A program made the position numbers and the translations under genes. The notes under the pieces were generated by a model. That model did not search any database. It had not been told where the DNA came from and saw only the letters and a program-made list of their open reading frames with translations. From Candidatus Hydrogenedentota bacterium (GTDB taxonomy: Bacteria > Hydrogenedentota > Hydrogenedentia > Hydrogenedentales > JAEUWI01), in contig JAXMOL010000005.1 of the NCBI GenBank assembly GCA_034669905.1, forward strand, positions 64,001-128,000: DNA of 64,000 nt, given 5' to 3'. Position 1 is the stretch's first letter; every line of letters starts with the position of its first letter. Shown here in pieces: positions 29,399-38,602 of this stretch.

Positions 29399-31572
29399 AG
29401 TTCCGGGAGATGGAAGAAAGTAAAGCGTGGGCCCTGCAGTCCCTGGACACCCTGGCCGATTTTGTGCGCACCGATGCCGACTTTCGGGGGAACAAAGCCT
29501 TTGAAGAAAAATCCCTGGCCTATCAGAAGCAGTGCGTAGAAGATGGCAAGTATCGGGTGGTCTTTCTCGGCACCTTTAATGTAGGAAAGTCCACGGCCAT
29601 CAATGCCTTCCTTGGTGGTGCCTATCTGCCCATGGACGTGGAAGAGTGCACCTCCAAGCTCACCTTCATACAGCGCGGCGATGCACTGGCCCTGCGTCTG
29701 ACACTCAACGAACCCGCCAGCGAGCACGAGCAGGATGCGCTCCGCTCTGCCCTGAAGGACCTGCCGGCCCAGTTGGAGCGAGACAGTGATGGCCGGGCCA
29801 TTACGATCCACTATGAGGGCAACAACCCGGAATGGATGCAGCGCAGTCTCGAGCCCCTCGTCACGGTCATGGCCGATGAGACCTACCCCCACCTCGCTCC
29901 CCTCCGGGACAAGATCGAGGATCTGAATATCTCCCTGCCTTCCGACGTCCTGGAAGAGGACATTGTCTTCGTTGATACGCCGGGTGTTCACAGTGTTTCC
30001 GAAACGCGACAGGAGATCACCTATGGCATCATCGAACGCAGCCACCTGGTCATCTCTTTCGTGGACAGTGGATTCGCCGGCAACATCCACGACCTGAACT
30101 TTATCAAGCGCATTATCAAATGGCGCGGACGGCGGGTCTTTTTTGTCCTCAACAAGGCCGACAAGCTGGAGTCCCACGAAATAGATATTCGGGGTGGACG
30201 GGGCCCGGCGCGCAGTCTTATCGAGGCCTTCAGCCGCCATGAGATTCCCGAGGACTCCGAGATTTTCTTCTTTTCCGGCTACCGTGCCCTTCGTGCGCAG
30301 CAATTGGAGCAGGGCCATATCACCCTGGATTCGGTGCAGGAGGACAACAAGGTCTCTATCCCCACGAGCATCGCGGAGCGGGTGGATGAATCGGAAGAAC
30401 CCGCCCGGGAACTATCGGCCTATCTGATGGGACAAAGCCGCTTTCCCCACCTGAAGGAACGGCTCCTCGATTACCTGCTGAACGAAAACAAAGCGGGTGC
30501 CGTGTTGGAGACGGTGTTGCGCTTTGTGGGCGAGCGGGCCGACGATTATGTGGCCGGCCTGGAGAATGAGCTCAACCTTGCGAAGGACCCCAGCAAGTTT
30601 GACGAACTGCGCGCCAATCAGGAAACCTTGCTGGCCCGGCTCGATGAAATTAGAGCGAGCAGCGATCAGGTACTCAACCGCTACAAGACCCAATGCAAGG
30701 GCGGCCAGCTGGATGGTCAGGACGTGGTGGGCTACGAAGCCCAGTTCCGCACCCAGATGAGCACGGAAGCCATCAAGACCCAGGTCATTCAGCCCGTGCT
30801 CGACTGGCTGCGCACCGACGGCCACTTGAAGATGGCCCGACGTCAGAAATTCAAGCCCCTCTCCGCCCAGGTGGAGGCCCAGGTGGATGAATTTGTTTCG
30901 TCCATTATGGCGGCGTTGCAGAAGACCATCGACGCGGCGGAACAGGAAGCCCGGGAGTCTATCGTCGAGCAGTTGGGACAGATTCGGGGCCTGCGGGTTC
31001 ACATGACGGAACCCGCCGGACTGGAAACGATCTCGCTGGACACATCAATGACGAAAAGCTACATCACTTTCGGAGGTGGCGGTGCCCTGGTGGGCGCGGC
31101 GACGGGTGCCGCAGTCGGGTCTGCCTTCTTCGGCATTGGCGCCGCCATTGGCGCGGGAGTCGGCGGACTCTTCGGCGCCGTCGGTGGCTTCCTCACCCGC
31201 CTCGCGTGGAGCGAAGAGCGTTGGCTGAAAAAGCTCGAGCCCATCGTCCATGAAAATGTAATGAACATGCTGATTCACGGCAGCAAGGACAAGCAGGGCA
31301 ACCGCGAAGTACCCATCCTTGAATCCGTGGTTGATTATCTCGGCCGCCGGGGCGATGCCTTTTATCAGGCCGTCCAGGAGGAAGTGGACAACGCAATTAA
31401 GGCGGTTCAGGCGGAGTGTGACGACCTGCTGGCCCGGGAAGAACAGATTCGCGCCGAGAGCGAAGCCATTATCGCGCGGCTGGAGCCGAAGGTAACGACC
31501 CTGGTGGAACTACGCACCCGGGCGGCGACCTCGGTCGAAGCGGTCACCGGACAGGAACTGGTTCGCGTATGA
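29395..31572 (+). CDS. Bacterial dynamin-like protein, full length
   Basis: G1 GTFNVGKS, G2 ECTS, G3 DTPG, G4 NKAD; helical stalk; Gly-rich hydrophobic paddle GALVGAATGAAVG...GGLFG. Confidence 0.88.
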   Translation: MKFREMEESKAWALQSLDTLADFVRTDADFRGNKAFEEKSLAYQKQCVEDGKYRVVFLGTFNVGKSTAINAFLGGAYLPMDVEECTSKLTFIQRGDALALRLTLNEPASEHEQDALRSALKDLPAQLERDSDGRAITIHYEGNNPEWMQRSLEPLVTVMADETYPHLAPLRDKIEDLNISLPSDVLEEDIVFVDTPGVHSVSETRQEITYGIIERSHLVISFVDSGFAGNIHDLNFIKRIIKWRGRRVFFVLNKADKLESHEIDIRGGRGPARSLIEAFSRHEIPEDSEIFFFSGYRALRAQQLEQGHITLDSVQEDNKVSIPTSIAERVDESEEPARELSAYLMGQSRFPHLKERLLDYLLNENKAGAVLETVLRFVGERADDYVAGLENELNLAKDPSKFDELRANQETLLARLDEIRASSDQVLNRYKTQCKGGQLDGQDVVGYEAQFRTQMSTEAIKTQVIQPVLDWLRTDGHLKMARRQKFKPLSAQVEAQVDEFVSSIMAALQKTIDAAEQEARESIVEQLGQIRGLRVHMTEPAGLETISLDTSMTKSYITFGGGGALVGAATGAAVGSAFFGIGAAIGAGVGGLFGAVGGFLTRLAWSEERWLKKLEPIVHENVMNMLIHGSKDKQGNREVPILESVVDYLGRRGDAFYQAVQEEVDNAIKAVQAECDDLLAREEQIRAESEAIIARLEPKVTTLVELRTRAATSVEAVTGQELVRV

Positions 31573-32195
31573 GTTGGCAGGCCCCCGCCCTCACCCATCT
31601 CCTGGAGCAACGATTACAGACAGCCCGCCTGGAGTTGATGGACGACCCCCGGCTGCTCCGTGCCCAGCAAGGGCAGGGACAGGAAAACGGCGCCTTCCTG
31701 CGTCAGCTGATTGATGAGAAGTTTTCCGCGGCGGCCCGTTCAGGATTGGGTGCTATCGAGGCGTCGCTGCGCACGCACGCCAGCGCGCATCTCGCGGACG
31801 CGGGCCTGGATGCCGGGTCGGTGCGGGCGACGCTGGATGGCCTGGGCGAAGAGATACTTGCGCTCCATAAGGTGCCGGCCCACATTGTGCCGCCCGAAGC
31901 CCAGTCTCCCCTCCGCTATGCGGCCGCCTTTTACATTGCCTGGCTATTCACCATTTTCGCAGGCTGGATGGTAAGCGATAAGTCCTTCCGCCTGGTATTG
32001 GCCCTGGCCGGCGCCGGTTTCGTGGCGGCTGTGGCGCTTTTTTTACTCGTACTGGGAAGCCGTCAGAAGCGACGCGTCACGGTAGCCCGTGAGTATCCTG
32101 CCCGCTGTTGTCATTATTATTTGAATGGCTTGACCGCCGCCATCGGACGTTATGAAGAGGGGGTTCGGGCACTGTCCTCCCGCCGGGGCGAATAG
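31569..32195 (+). CDS. Helical two-TM protein coupled to the dynamin genes
   Basis: ATGA overlap; hydrophobic hairpin near the C-terminus. Confidence 0.65.
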   Translation: MSWQAPALTHLLEQRLQTARLELMDDPRLLRAQQGQGQENGAFLRQLIDEKFSAAARSGLGAIEASLRTHASAHLADAGLDAGSVRATLDGLGEEILALHKVPAHIVPPEAQSPLRYAAAFYIAWLFTIFAGWMVSDKSFRLVLALAGAGFVAAVALFLLVLGSRQKRRVTVAREYPARCCHYYLNGLTAAIGRYEEGVRALSSRRGE

Positions 32196-32437
32196 GGAGC
32201 CGTCTACGCCCCCAATTATTCCGCACCAATATCCTTTTGAATAGGGAGCGCGCGAGGTCGTCCTGTATGCAGGTGCTACCGATTGGAACGCATCCCCGGA
32301 GCGTACTGAAATCGGGTAACACCAAACATGCACTGGCAGTATTTTTTTGCTACAATATCGGCGATTGCGGCAAAACGCGAAACCGTATTAAATACTGTTT
32401 ACTTGTATAAAACCACCGGTAGTACAAAGGAGAACCC

Positions 32438-33103
32438 ATGAACAAAGCACGTTTTGGAATCAGCCTGGCCCTGGCCCTGCTCGTATGCAGCTTCGTCGCC
32501 CCGGCCGCACTGGCTGAAGACATGGAAGCCATCAACATCGAATTGCCCGAAGCCTTCTTCGGCGGAACGCCCATTGATTACTGGGGTCCGAACCTGGAGC
32601 CCGAAGACTACAAAGACCGTCCCCCCTTCATGGCTCCCAAGGGCACGGCCATCGTATCCAAAGGCAAGCCCGTAACGGCCAGTGCCGAACCCACCGTGGG
32701 TGAGAAGAAGCAGCTCACCGATGGCGACAAGGACTACGCCAAGACCAGCCTCATCGAATTGCCCGAAGGGCTTCAGTGGATGCAGGTTGACCTCGAAAAG
32801 ACCACCGAGGTGTATGCCGTTGTCGTGTGGAAATTCCACGAAGGAAAACGCGTGTACTTCGATCTGGTCGCCCAGGTTTCCGATGATCCGGAATTCAAAG
32901 AAGGCGTGACCACCATCTACAACAATGACTTCGACAACTCCGCCGGTCTGGGCGTGGGCGAAGACAAAGAATACATCGAAAGCAACAAAGGTCGCTTGAT
33001 CGATGCCAAGGGTGCCAAGGGCCGTTACGTCCGCGTTTATGGCAAAGGCAGCACCGCCAACGACTTCAACCACTTCATCGAAGTGGAAGTCTGGGGCAAG
33101 TAA
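32438..33103 (+). CDS. Secreted discoidin/F5-8 type C-like domain protein (paralogue 1)
   Basis: Signal peptide; KPVTAS, LTDGD, WMQVDL, GRYVRV, EVEVWG galactose-binding-fold motifs. Confidence 0.8.
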   Translation: MNKARFGISLALALLVCSFVAPAALAEDMEAINIELPEAFFGGTPIDYWGPNLEPEDYKDRPPFMAPKGTAIVSKGKPVTASAEPTVGEKKQLTDGDKDYAKTSLIELPEGLQWMQVDLEKTTEVYAVVVWKFHEGKRVYFDLVAQVSDDPEFKEGVTTIYNNDFDNSAGLGVGEDKEYIESNKGRLIDAKGAKGRYVRVYGKGSTANDFNHFIEVEVWGK

Positions 33104-33129
33104 GCCACCCCCTACATTTTTCTATGCCG

Positions 33130-33165
33130 CACCCCCGAATATAGATTCGGGGGTGTTATTTATTT
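33130..33165 (+). terminator. Intrinsic terminator
   Basis: CACCCCCGAAT-ATAG-ATTCGGGGGTG stem followed by TTATTTATTT. Confidence 0.75.
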
Positions 33166-33218
33166 CTGCGGATTTCCTTTTCGGTGTCGTAATATAGACA
33201 GTTGATACCGGAGGAAGC

Positions 33219-34988
33219 ATGGAAATTTCCGATACCACCCTGCTGCGAAGATGGCAACGCAGTGCGGACAGCGACGCCTTTGCCGAGATTGTGGCCCGTC
33301 ACTCCGCCATGGTCTTTGCCACGTCCAACCGCATTCTGCGCAACCCGGCAGACGCCGAAGACGTGACGCAAGAGTGCTTCATGGAGTTGGGCGGCGTTCG
33401 TACGCTCCTGGGGAATACCCTGGGCGGGCTCCTGCACACCCTGGCGACCCATCGCTCCCTGGACCGAATCAAGAGCGATTCCCGCAGACGGGAGCGCGAA
33501 ATCCGTTACGCCATGGGTCGTCCGGTCAGTTGCACCACCGGATGGGATGACCTTCAACCCCACATCGACGGGGCCATCGCCAACCTGCCCATCAAATACC
33601 GCGAGTGCCTCATTCGGCACTATCTCGAAGGCCAGACCCACGCCACTGTTGCCCAGACCCTGGGTGTCGCCGAGTCCACCGTGCGGTATCGACTCACGAA
33701 AGGTATTGAACGGGTACGTGCCGACCTGCGGCGCAAGAAAGTCATCGCAACGGCGGATTCTCTGGGGACCCTACTCGACGATAGTCGGTCAGAAACTCCC
33801 AGCACCGTGTTGGCGACCAACCTGGGAAAATTGTCCGTGGCTGGTCCGGGTCCCGCTGTACCCTCCGCCACGGCCGTTGCGCTGGCGAGCGGAACCATCC
33901 TCGCGAAGAAGGCACTCACCGTGGTGCTCCTCATCGGGTTGGCGGGACTCCTTGCCTGGACGGTAAAACCCGGAGCGCCCCCCTCGAATACCCCCGCACC
34001 TATTGCGACCAACAATACCGTGGAGACGGCATCCGAAGAAGACGAAGGCGAGACGATCAACCCCATGCCGGACGCTCCCGTTCCCACGCCGCTCACGACA
34101 CCACGCGGATTGCCGGATGCCGAAGAAACCGTTGCGGTAGTTCCGGCTACCGAGACGCCGGAGCCCGCACTGGAGCCAGCACCGCCCTCCCAACCCAACG
34201 ACGAGGAGATGGTCGCGGCCATTCCGGTAACCGAAGCGCCGGAGCCCACACTCGAGCCAACACCGATCTCCCAACCCAACAACGAGGAGATGGTCGCGGC
34301 CATTCCCGTGCCCGAAGCACCGGTGGCCGAGACCGAAGAGACCGGCCCCCCTGCGCCCTCACAGGAATCGGAATCGATGGCAACGCCGCCCATCGTGGTG
34401 GCACATCTTGAAGCCATCCACATCGACTTGCCCGAAGCCTTCTTCGGCGGAACGCCACTGGATTATTGGGGCCCAAACCTCGAGCCCGAAAACTATAACG
34501 ACCGACCACCGGTTATGGCGCCCATCGGAACGGCCATTGTGTCGGCAGGAAAACCGGTTACGGCCAGCAGTGTGCCCACGGTTGGCGTGCTGCGACAGTT
34601 GACGGACGGCGATAAGGATTATGCCAAGACAAGCCTCGTGGAATTGCCCGATGGCCTCCAATGGGTTCAAGTGGATCTGGAAGAGACCTACACCATTCAT
34701 GCGCTGCTCCTCTGGAAATTTCACGAAGGGAAACGCATCTATTTCGATCTCGTTGTCCAGCTTTCCGACGACCCCGAATTCGAAGAAGGAGTGACCACCC
34801 TCTACAACAATGACTACGACAACTCGGCCGGCCTTGGTGTGGGCACCGACAAAGAGTACATCGAGAGCTACAAGGGCCGTCTCATCGACGCCGAGGGCAT
34901 TACCGGCCGCTATATTCGGGTCTATGGAAAAGGCAACACGGCCAATGATTTTAACCACTTTATCGAAATAGAAGTTTGGGGCCAATAG
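33219..34988 (+). CDS. ECF sigma factor with TM helix, Pro-rich linker and C-terminal discoidin-like domain
   Basis: Region 2 (DAEDVTQECF); region 4 (LP.KYRE..., VAQTLGVAESTVRYRL); TM VVLLIGLAGLLAW; last ~190 aa paralogous to the flanking genes. Confidence 0.88.
   Translation: MEISDTTLLRRWQRSADSDAFAEIVARHSAMVFATSNRILRNPADAEDVTQECFMELGGVRTLLGNTLGGLLHTLATHRSLDRIKSDSRRREREIRYAMGRPVSCTTGWDDLQPHIDGAIANLPIKYRECLIRHYLEGQTHATVAQTLGVAESTVRYRLTKGIERVRADLRRKKVIATADSLGTLLDDSRSETPSTVLATNLGKLSVAGPGPAVPSATAVALASGTILAKKALTVVLLIGLAGLLAWTVKPGAPPSNTPAPIATNNTVETASEEDEGETINPMPDAPVPTPLTTPRGLPDAEETVAVVPATETPEPALEPAPPSQPNDEEMVAAIPVTEAPEPTLEPTPISQPNNEEMVAAIPVPEAPVAETEETGPPAPSQESESMATPPIVVAHLEAIHIDLPEAFFGGTPLDYWGPNLEPENYNDRPPVMAPIGTAIVSAGKPVTASSVPTVGVLRQLTDGDKDYAKTSLVELPDGLQWVQVDLEETYTIHALLLWKFHEGKRIYFDLVVQLSDDPEFEEGVTTLYNNDYDNSAGLGVGTDKEYIESYKGRLIDAEGITGRYIRVYGKGNTANDFNHFIEIEVWGQ
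34123..34322 (+). repeat. 81-bp (27-aa) intragenic tandem repeat, ~2.5 copies
   Basis: EETVAVVPATETPEPALEPAPPSQPND / EEMVAAIPVTEAPEPTLEPTPISQPNN / EEMVAAIPVPEAP. Confidence 0.8.
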
Positions 34989-35034
34989 GTGGCCCCGCGA
35001 ATTCCGCGGCCGCTAAAACCAGGAGACACATCGA

Positions 35035-35694
35035 ATGGGCATCCAGCATTTTTTCCAGGTCATCATCATCCTCACGACCATCCTTTGCGGTTCCACCGCC
35101 CTGGCGGGTGAAGGAAAACCATTGGCGATAGAATTACCCGAGCCCTTTGAGGGAGGCACGCCGGTCCCCCACTTCAGCCCCAATTTTGAGCCCTACGACT
35201 ACCGGGATCGTCCGCCTTTCCTGGCTCCCGAAGGGACCACGATTATTTCCACCGGCAAGCCCGTTACGGCCAGTGCCAAACCCACGGCGGGCTCCCTGGA
35301 GCGTATTACCGACGGCGACAAAGCCTATGGGTTCTCGCACATGGTCGAATTACCGGAGGGCTTACAGTGGGTGCAGGTCGATCTGGGTGCTGCCCATGAG
35401 CTCTACGCCGTGCTGCTCTGGCATGCCCACGAAGGGCGCCAGGTCTATTTCGATGTCATCGGCCAGGTATCCAACGACCCGGCGTTCAAGCAGGACGTGA
35501 CGACCATCTACAACAATGACTACGACGATTCGGCAGGCATGGGCGTGGGCGAAGACAAGGAGTATGAAGACAGCCATCAGGGACGACTTATTGACACGAA
35601 GGGCGTCAAGGCGCGCTACATCCGCTTCTACAGTCAGGGCAGCACCAAAGGTGAGTTTAACGACTACACAGAGATTGAGGTCTGGGGCAAGTAG
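35035..35694 (+). CDS. Secreted discoidin-like protein (paralogue 2)
   Basis: Signal peptide; same domain as 32438-33103. Confidence 0.8.
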   Translation: MGIQHFFQVIIILTTILCGSTALAGEGKPLAIELPEPFEGGTPVPHFSPNFEPYDYRDRPPFLAPEGTTIISTGKPVTASAKPTAGSLERITDGDKAYGFSHMVELPEGLQWVQVDLGAAHELYAVLLWHAHEGRQVYFDVIGQVSNDPAFKQDVTTIYNNDYDDSAGMGVGEDKEYEDSHQGRLIDTKGVKARYIRFYSQGSTKGEFNDYTEIEVWGK

Positions 35695-36023
35695 GCCCTT
35701 GTGCAGCTTCCGCAGTTGACCCATCGAGGACCTACAAACCTCTGTGGGGCCAGAGTCACCCCGTCCGTATCATGAGACTTATCGTTGCCGGGTATTAGCC
35801 CGATGAATTGGCGCTCGATCACAGTCTGTTTCGTCGGCTTCGCAATTCGTCGGCTCCATACGCACGAACCCGTCCAACTCGTTGCACTCGCCATTTGGGG
35901 ATCGCGCGGCACGACCAGACGTCAATTGCTATCGATGGAGAACACGGCACACAATTGCCCTCCTACCGTCCCTTGGGCTACCATGGTGGGGTCTGAAACG
36001 CCTGTATTGTTGGAGCTAAAACC

Positions 36024-36686
36024 ATGTTGTACACCCGCCTTTTACTCAGTGCCCTTTTCCTTGGCGCGGCCCTTATAGCCGCCGCTGAAAAAGAGGAAGC
36101 CCTGACGTTTGAATTACCCGAACCCTTTTACGGGGGCACGGTCGTCTCTTACTTCAGCCCCCACCTTGACTCGCGCATCTACGTGGACCGCGAGCCCGTG
36201 ATGGCCCCCAAAGGGACCAGCGTGATTTCCCGAGATAAGCCCGTCACCTCCAGCGCAGCCCCCCTGCTGGGCTCTCTGCAGCAAATCAACGACGGGGACA
36301 AGGAATACGACAAGGGCAGCCTGGTCGAACTACCGGAGGGCAAGCAGTGGGTGCAGATTGACCTTGGCAAACCCCACGCGATTTATGCGGTGCTCTTATG
36401 GCACTTTCATGAGGGGGGCCGGGTCTATTTTGACGTGGTGGGACAGATTTCCGATGACCCCGAGTTTAAGGAAGACGTGACTACTATCTTCAACAACGAT
36501 TATGACAACTCCAGTGGTCTGGGCAAAGGGACGGATAAGGAATACATCGAGAACAGCGATGGCCGTCTCTTCCGCGCCGATGCGGTTTCGGGACGCTACG
36601 TGCGCTTTTACAGCCGGGGCAACACGACCCACGACTTCAACAACTACGTCGAACTCGAAGTATGGGGAAAGAAGGCTGACGAGTGA
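36024..36686 (+). CDS. Secreted discoidin-like protein (paralogue 3)
   Basis: Signal peptide; same domain. Confidence 0.8.
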   Translation: MLYTRLLLSALFLGAALIAAAEKEEALTFELPEPFYGGTVVSYFSPHLDSRIYVDREPVMAPKGTSVISRDKPVTSSAAPLLGSLQQINDGDKEYDKGSLVELPEGKQWVQIDLGKPHAIYAVLLWHFHEGGRVYFDVVGQISDDPEFKEDVTTIFNNDYDNSSGLGKGTDKEYIENSDGRLFRADAVSGRYVRFYSRGNTTHDFNNYVELEVWGKKADE

Positions 36687-36689
36687 AGT

Positions 36690-36721
36690 TTGAAGGGTGA
36701 AGGGTGAAGGGTGAAGGGTGA
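36690..36721. repeat. 7-bp microsatellite (TGAAGGG)x4
   Basis: tgaagggtgaagggtgaagggtgaagggtga, intergenic. Confidence 0.8.
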
Positions 36722-36790
36722 GATTGGTTCAGTTGGCTCGCCTCCTTTGTGCTCAGGCAGAAACAAAACCGCTAATTCGATTGGAAATTC

Positions 36791-38386
36791 TTGAATACAC
36801 TGCGTCCTATCTACATGCTCGTGCTGTTACTCATCCTCGGTACGGCCATTTTTCTGCGCTTCCACGATCTGGGGTATCGCCCCATGCACGGCGACGAGGC
36901 CAATCAGGCCATCAAAACGGGCAAGCTGCTGGAAGACGGCACCTATATCTATGACCCCTTCGAGCACCATGGTCCGACCCTCTATTACTTGAGTCTTCCC
37001 GTGCTCTGGCTCAACGGCGCGACGACTATTCAGGAGGTCAGCGAGCCCATGCTGCGGGTAGTGCCCGCGCTCTTTGGGGTCGGGCTGGTGCTCCTTTCAT
37101 GGTTGCTGGTGGTGCCCCTGTCGCGCACCGGAGCGCTCTGGGCCGCCCTGTTGACCACCGTCTCCCACGGGTTGACCTACTACAGCCGCTACTACGTCCA
37201 GGAAATTTCCTTCGTTTTTCTGGCGGCCGCCGTGCTCCTCTGTGCCTACCATTACCTGCGTACGCGCCACCTCCGCTGGGCACTGGGCCTCGGACTCGCG
37301 CTGGGACTGCTCCATGCCACCAAAGAGACCAGCTTGCTGGTGGTCATCGCCATGGCGGGCGCCCTTACGGCGGTCCTGCTGTGGGAGCGTTTCGTGACAC
37401 GTCGCCCGGTCACCCCTTCCCTGTCGTGGAAGCACGGAGCCGCCGCGTTGGCCGTTGCCGCGGGCACTTCGATCCTTTTCTTCTCTTCCTTTTTCAGCCA
37501 CGCCCGCGGCCCCTTGGATTCCCTCCTCACCTACAGCACCTATCTCAACCGCGCCGAGGGGCATGGCAGCAGTGGGCTCCACGAACAGCCGTGGTATTAC
37601 TACCTCTCCTTGCTGACCTGGACCTATCGGAGTGCCGGCCCCAAGTGGAGTGAGGGTCTCATCCTCGGCCTCGCCGCTTTGGGTGGGCTTTGGTGTTTCT
37701 GTTGTCCATCGGGCTGCAACCGGAAGACGGATGAGAACCATCCGAAAGCCGACCGACTGCGCCCCCTCTTTACCCGCTTTCTCGTGGTCTATACCCTTTT
37801 ACTCACGGTGGGTTTTTCGATTATCCCCTACAAGACCCCGTGGAACCTGATGATTTTTCTCCATCCCCTCTGCCTTCTTGCCGGGCTGGGCGTCGCACGA
37901 CTCACGGGAGCACCCCGATGGAAATCCCTTCGCGTGGTGCTGGCCCTGTTGGTTGTTGCGGGCGCGGTCCAGCTCACCCAACAGACCTGGCGGGGAATCT
38001 TTACCTACGGGGCTGATGTACGCAATCCCTACGCCTATGCCCATACGTCCTCCGCTATTTATCGACTCCGTGACCGGGTGGCCGACATCGCGGCCGTTCA
38101 TCCCCAGGGCAATGCGATTCACATCAACGTATTTCGATTCGACGGCGACTACTGGCCCCTGCCCTGGTATCTGCGGGCCTATCCCAATGTGGGCTACTGG
38201 CCCAACTTCCCCGAGAATTGTGATGCGGACATGCTCATCACCAGTCCGGAGGTGGCCCCCGCCTTGCAGCCCCGTCTCAAGAAGGAATACCAGATTGAGA
38301 TGAACGGACTCCGCCCCAGCGTGCTCATGCCGACCTTCATCCGCAAAGAGCTGTGGGATGAGTTTATGAAGACCCGGGGTGGGTGA
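36791..38386 (+). CDS. TIGR03663/Agl23-like GT-C membrane protein
   Basis: RPMHGDEA, YDP..HHGPTLYY, YYSRYY, TKET, YKTPW, YWPLPWYLR. Confidence 0.8.
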   Translation: MNTLRPIYMLVLLLILGTAIFLRFHDLGYRPMHGDEANQAIKTGKLLEDGTYIYDPFEHHGPTLYYLSLPVLWLNGATTIQEVSEPMLRVVPALFGVGLVLLSWLLVVPLSRTGALWAALLTTVSHGLTYYSRYYVQEISFVFLAAAVLLCAYHYLRTRHLRWALGLGLALGLLHATKETSLLVVIAMAGALTAVLLWERFVTRRPVTPSLSWKHGAAALAVAAGTSILFFSSFFSHARGPLDSLLTYSTYLNRAEGHGSSGLHEQPWYYYLSLLTWTYRSAGPKWSEGLILGLAALGGLWCFCCPSGCNRKTDENHPKADRLRPLFTRFLVVYTLLLTVGFSIIPYKTPWNLMIFLHPLCLLAGLGVARLTGAPRWKSLRVVLALLVVAGAVQLTQQTWRGIFTYGADVRNPYAYAHTSSAIYRLRDRVADIAAVHPQGNAIHINVFRFDGDYWPLPWYLRAYPNVGYWPNFPENCDADMLITSPEVAPALQPRLKKEYQIEMNGLRPSVLMPTFIRKELWDEFMKTRGG

Positions 38387-38454
38387 CCGTATTCAAGGTT
38401 CTCCAAATGGATTGTTGGACTTACGATGATCCGCCGTTGCGAAATAGGATTTCA

Positions 38455-38536
38455 CTCCCCTCCTTGGAGGGGCCGGGGGTGGGTCAAGTCACAGAAGGCA
38501 TCGCCAACCCACCCCTAACTCCTCCCAGGAGGGGAA
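38455..38536. repeat. REP-like inverted repeat between convergent genes
   Basis: CTCCCCTCCTTGGAGGGGCCGGGGGTGGGT ... ACCCACCCCTAACTCCTCCCAGGAGGGGA; a half copy sits near 6381. Confidence 0.7.
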
Positions 38537-38602
38537 TCATCCAGCCCTCTACGAAAGCGTCACTGGTGAGAGAGGCGGGCTTTTCTTACTATCCAACCCG
38601 AG

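Noticed and set aside
32334..32350. TGGCA...TTGC upstream of discoidin paralogue 1 as a sigma-54 promoter
   Set aside because: GG-to-GC spacing is 12, not 10
35695..36023. 330-bp gap between paralogues 2 and 3 as an ncRNA or small gene
   Set aside because: No recognisable RNA motif, stable long hairpin or RBS-supported ORF
32438..36686. Paralogue array as a diversity-generating retroelement or recombination cassette
   Set aside because: No reverse transcriptase or recombinase; differences are spread along the genes with many synonymous changes
36690..36721. (TGAAGGG)x4 as a phase-variation switch
   Set aside because: Intergenic, short and not clearly within a promoter; no evidence of length variation
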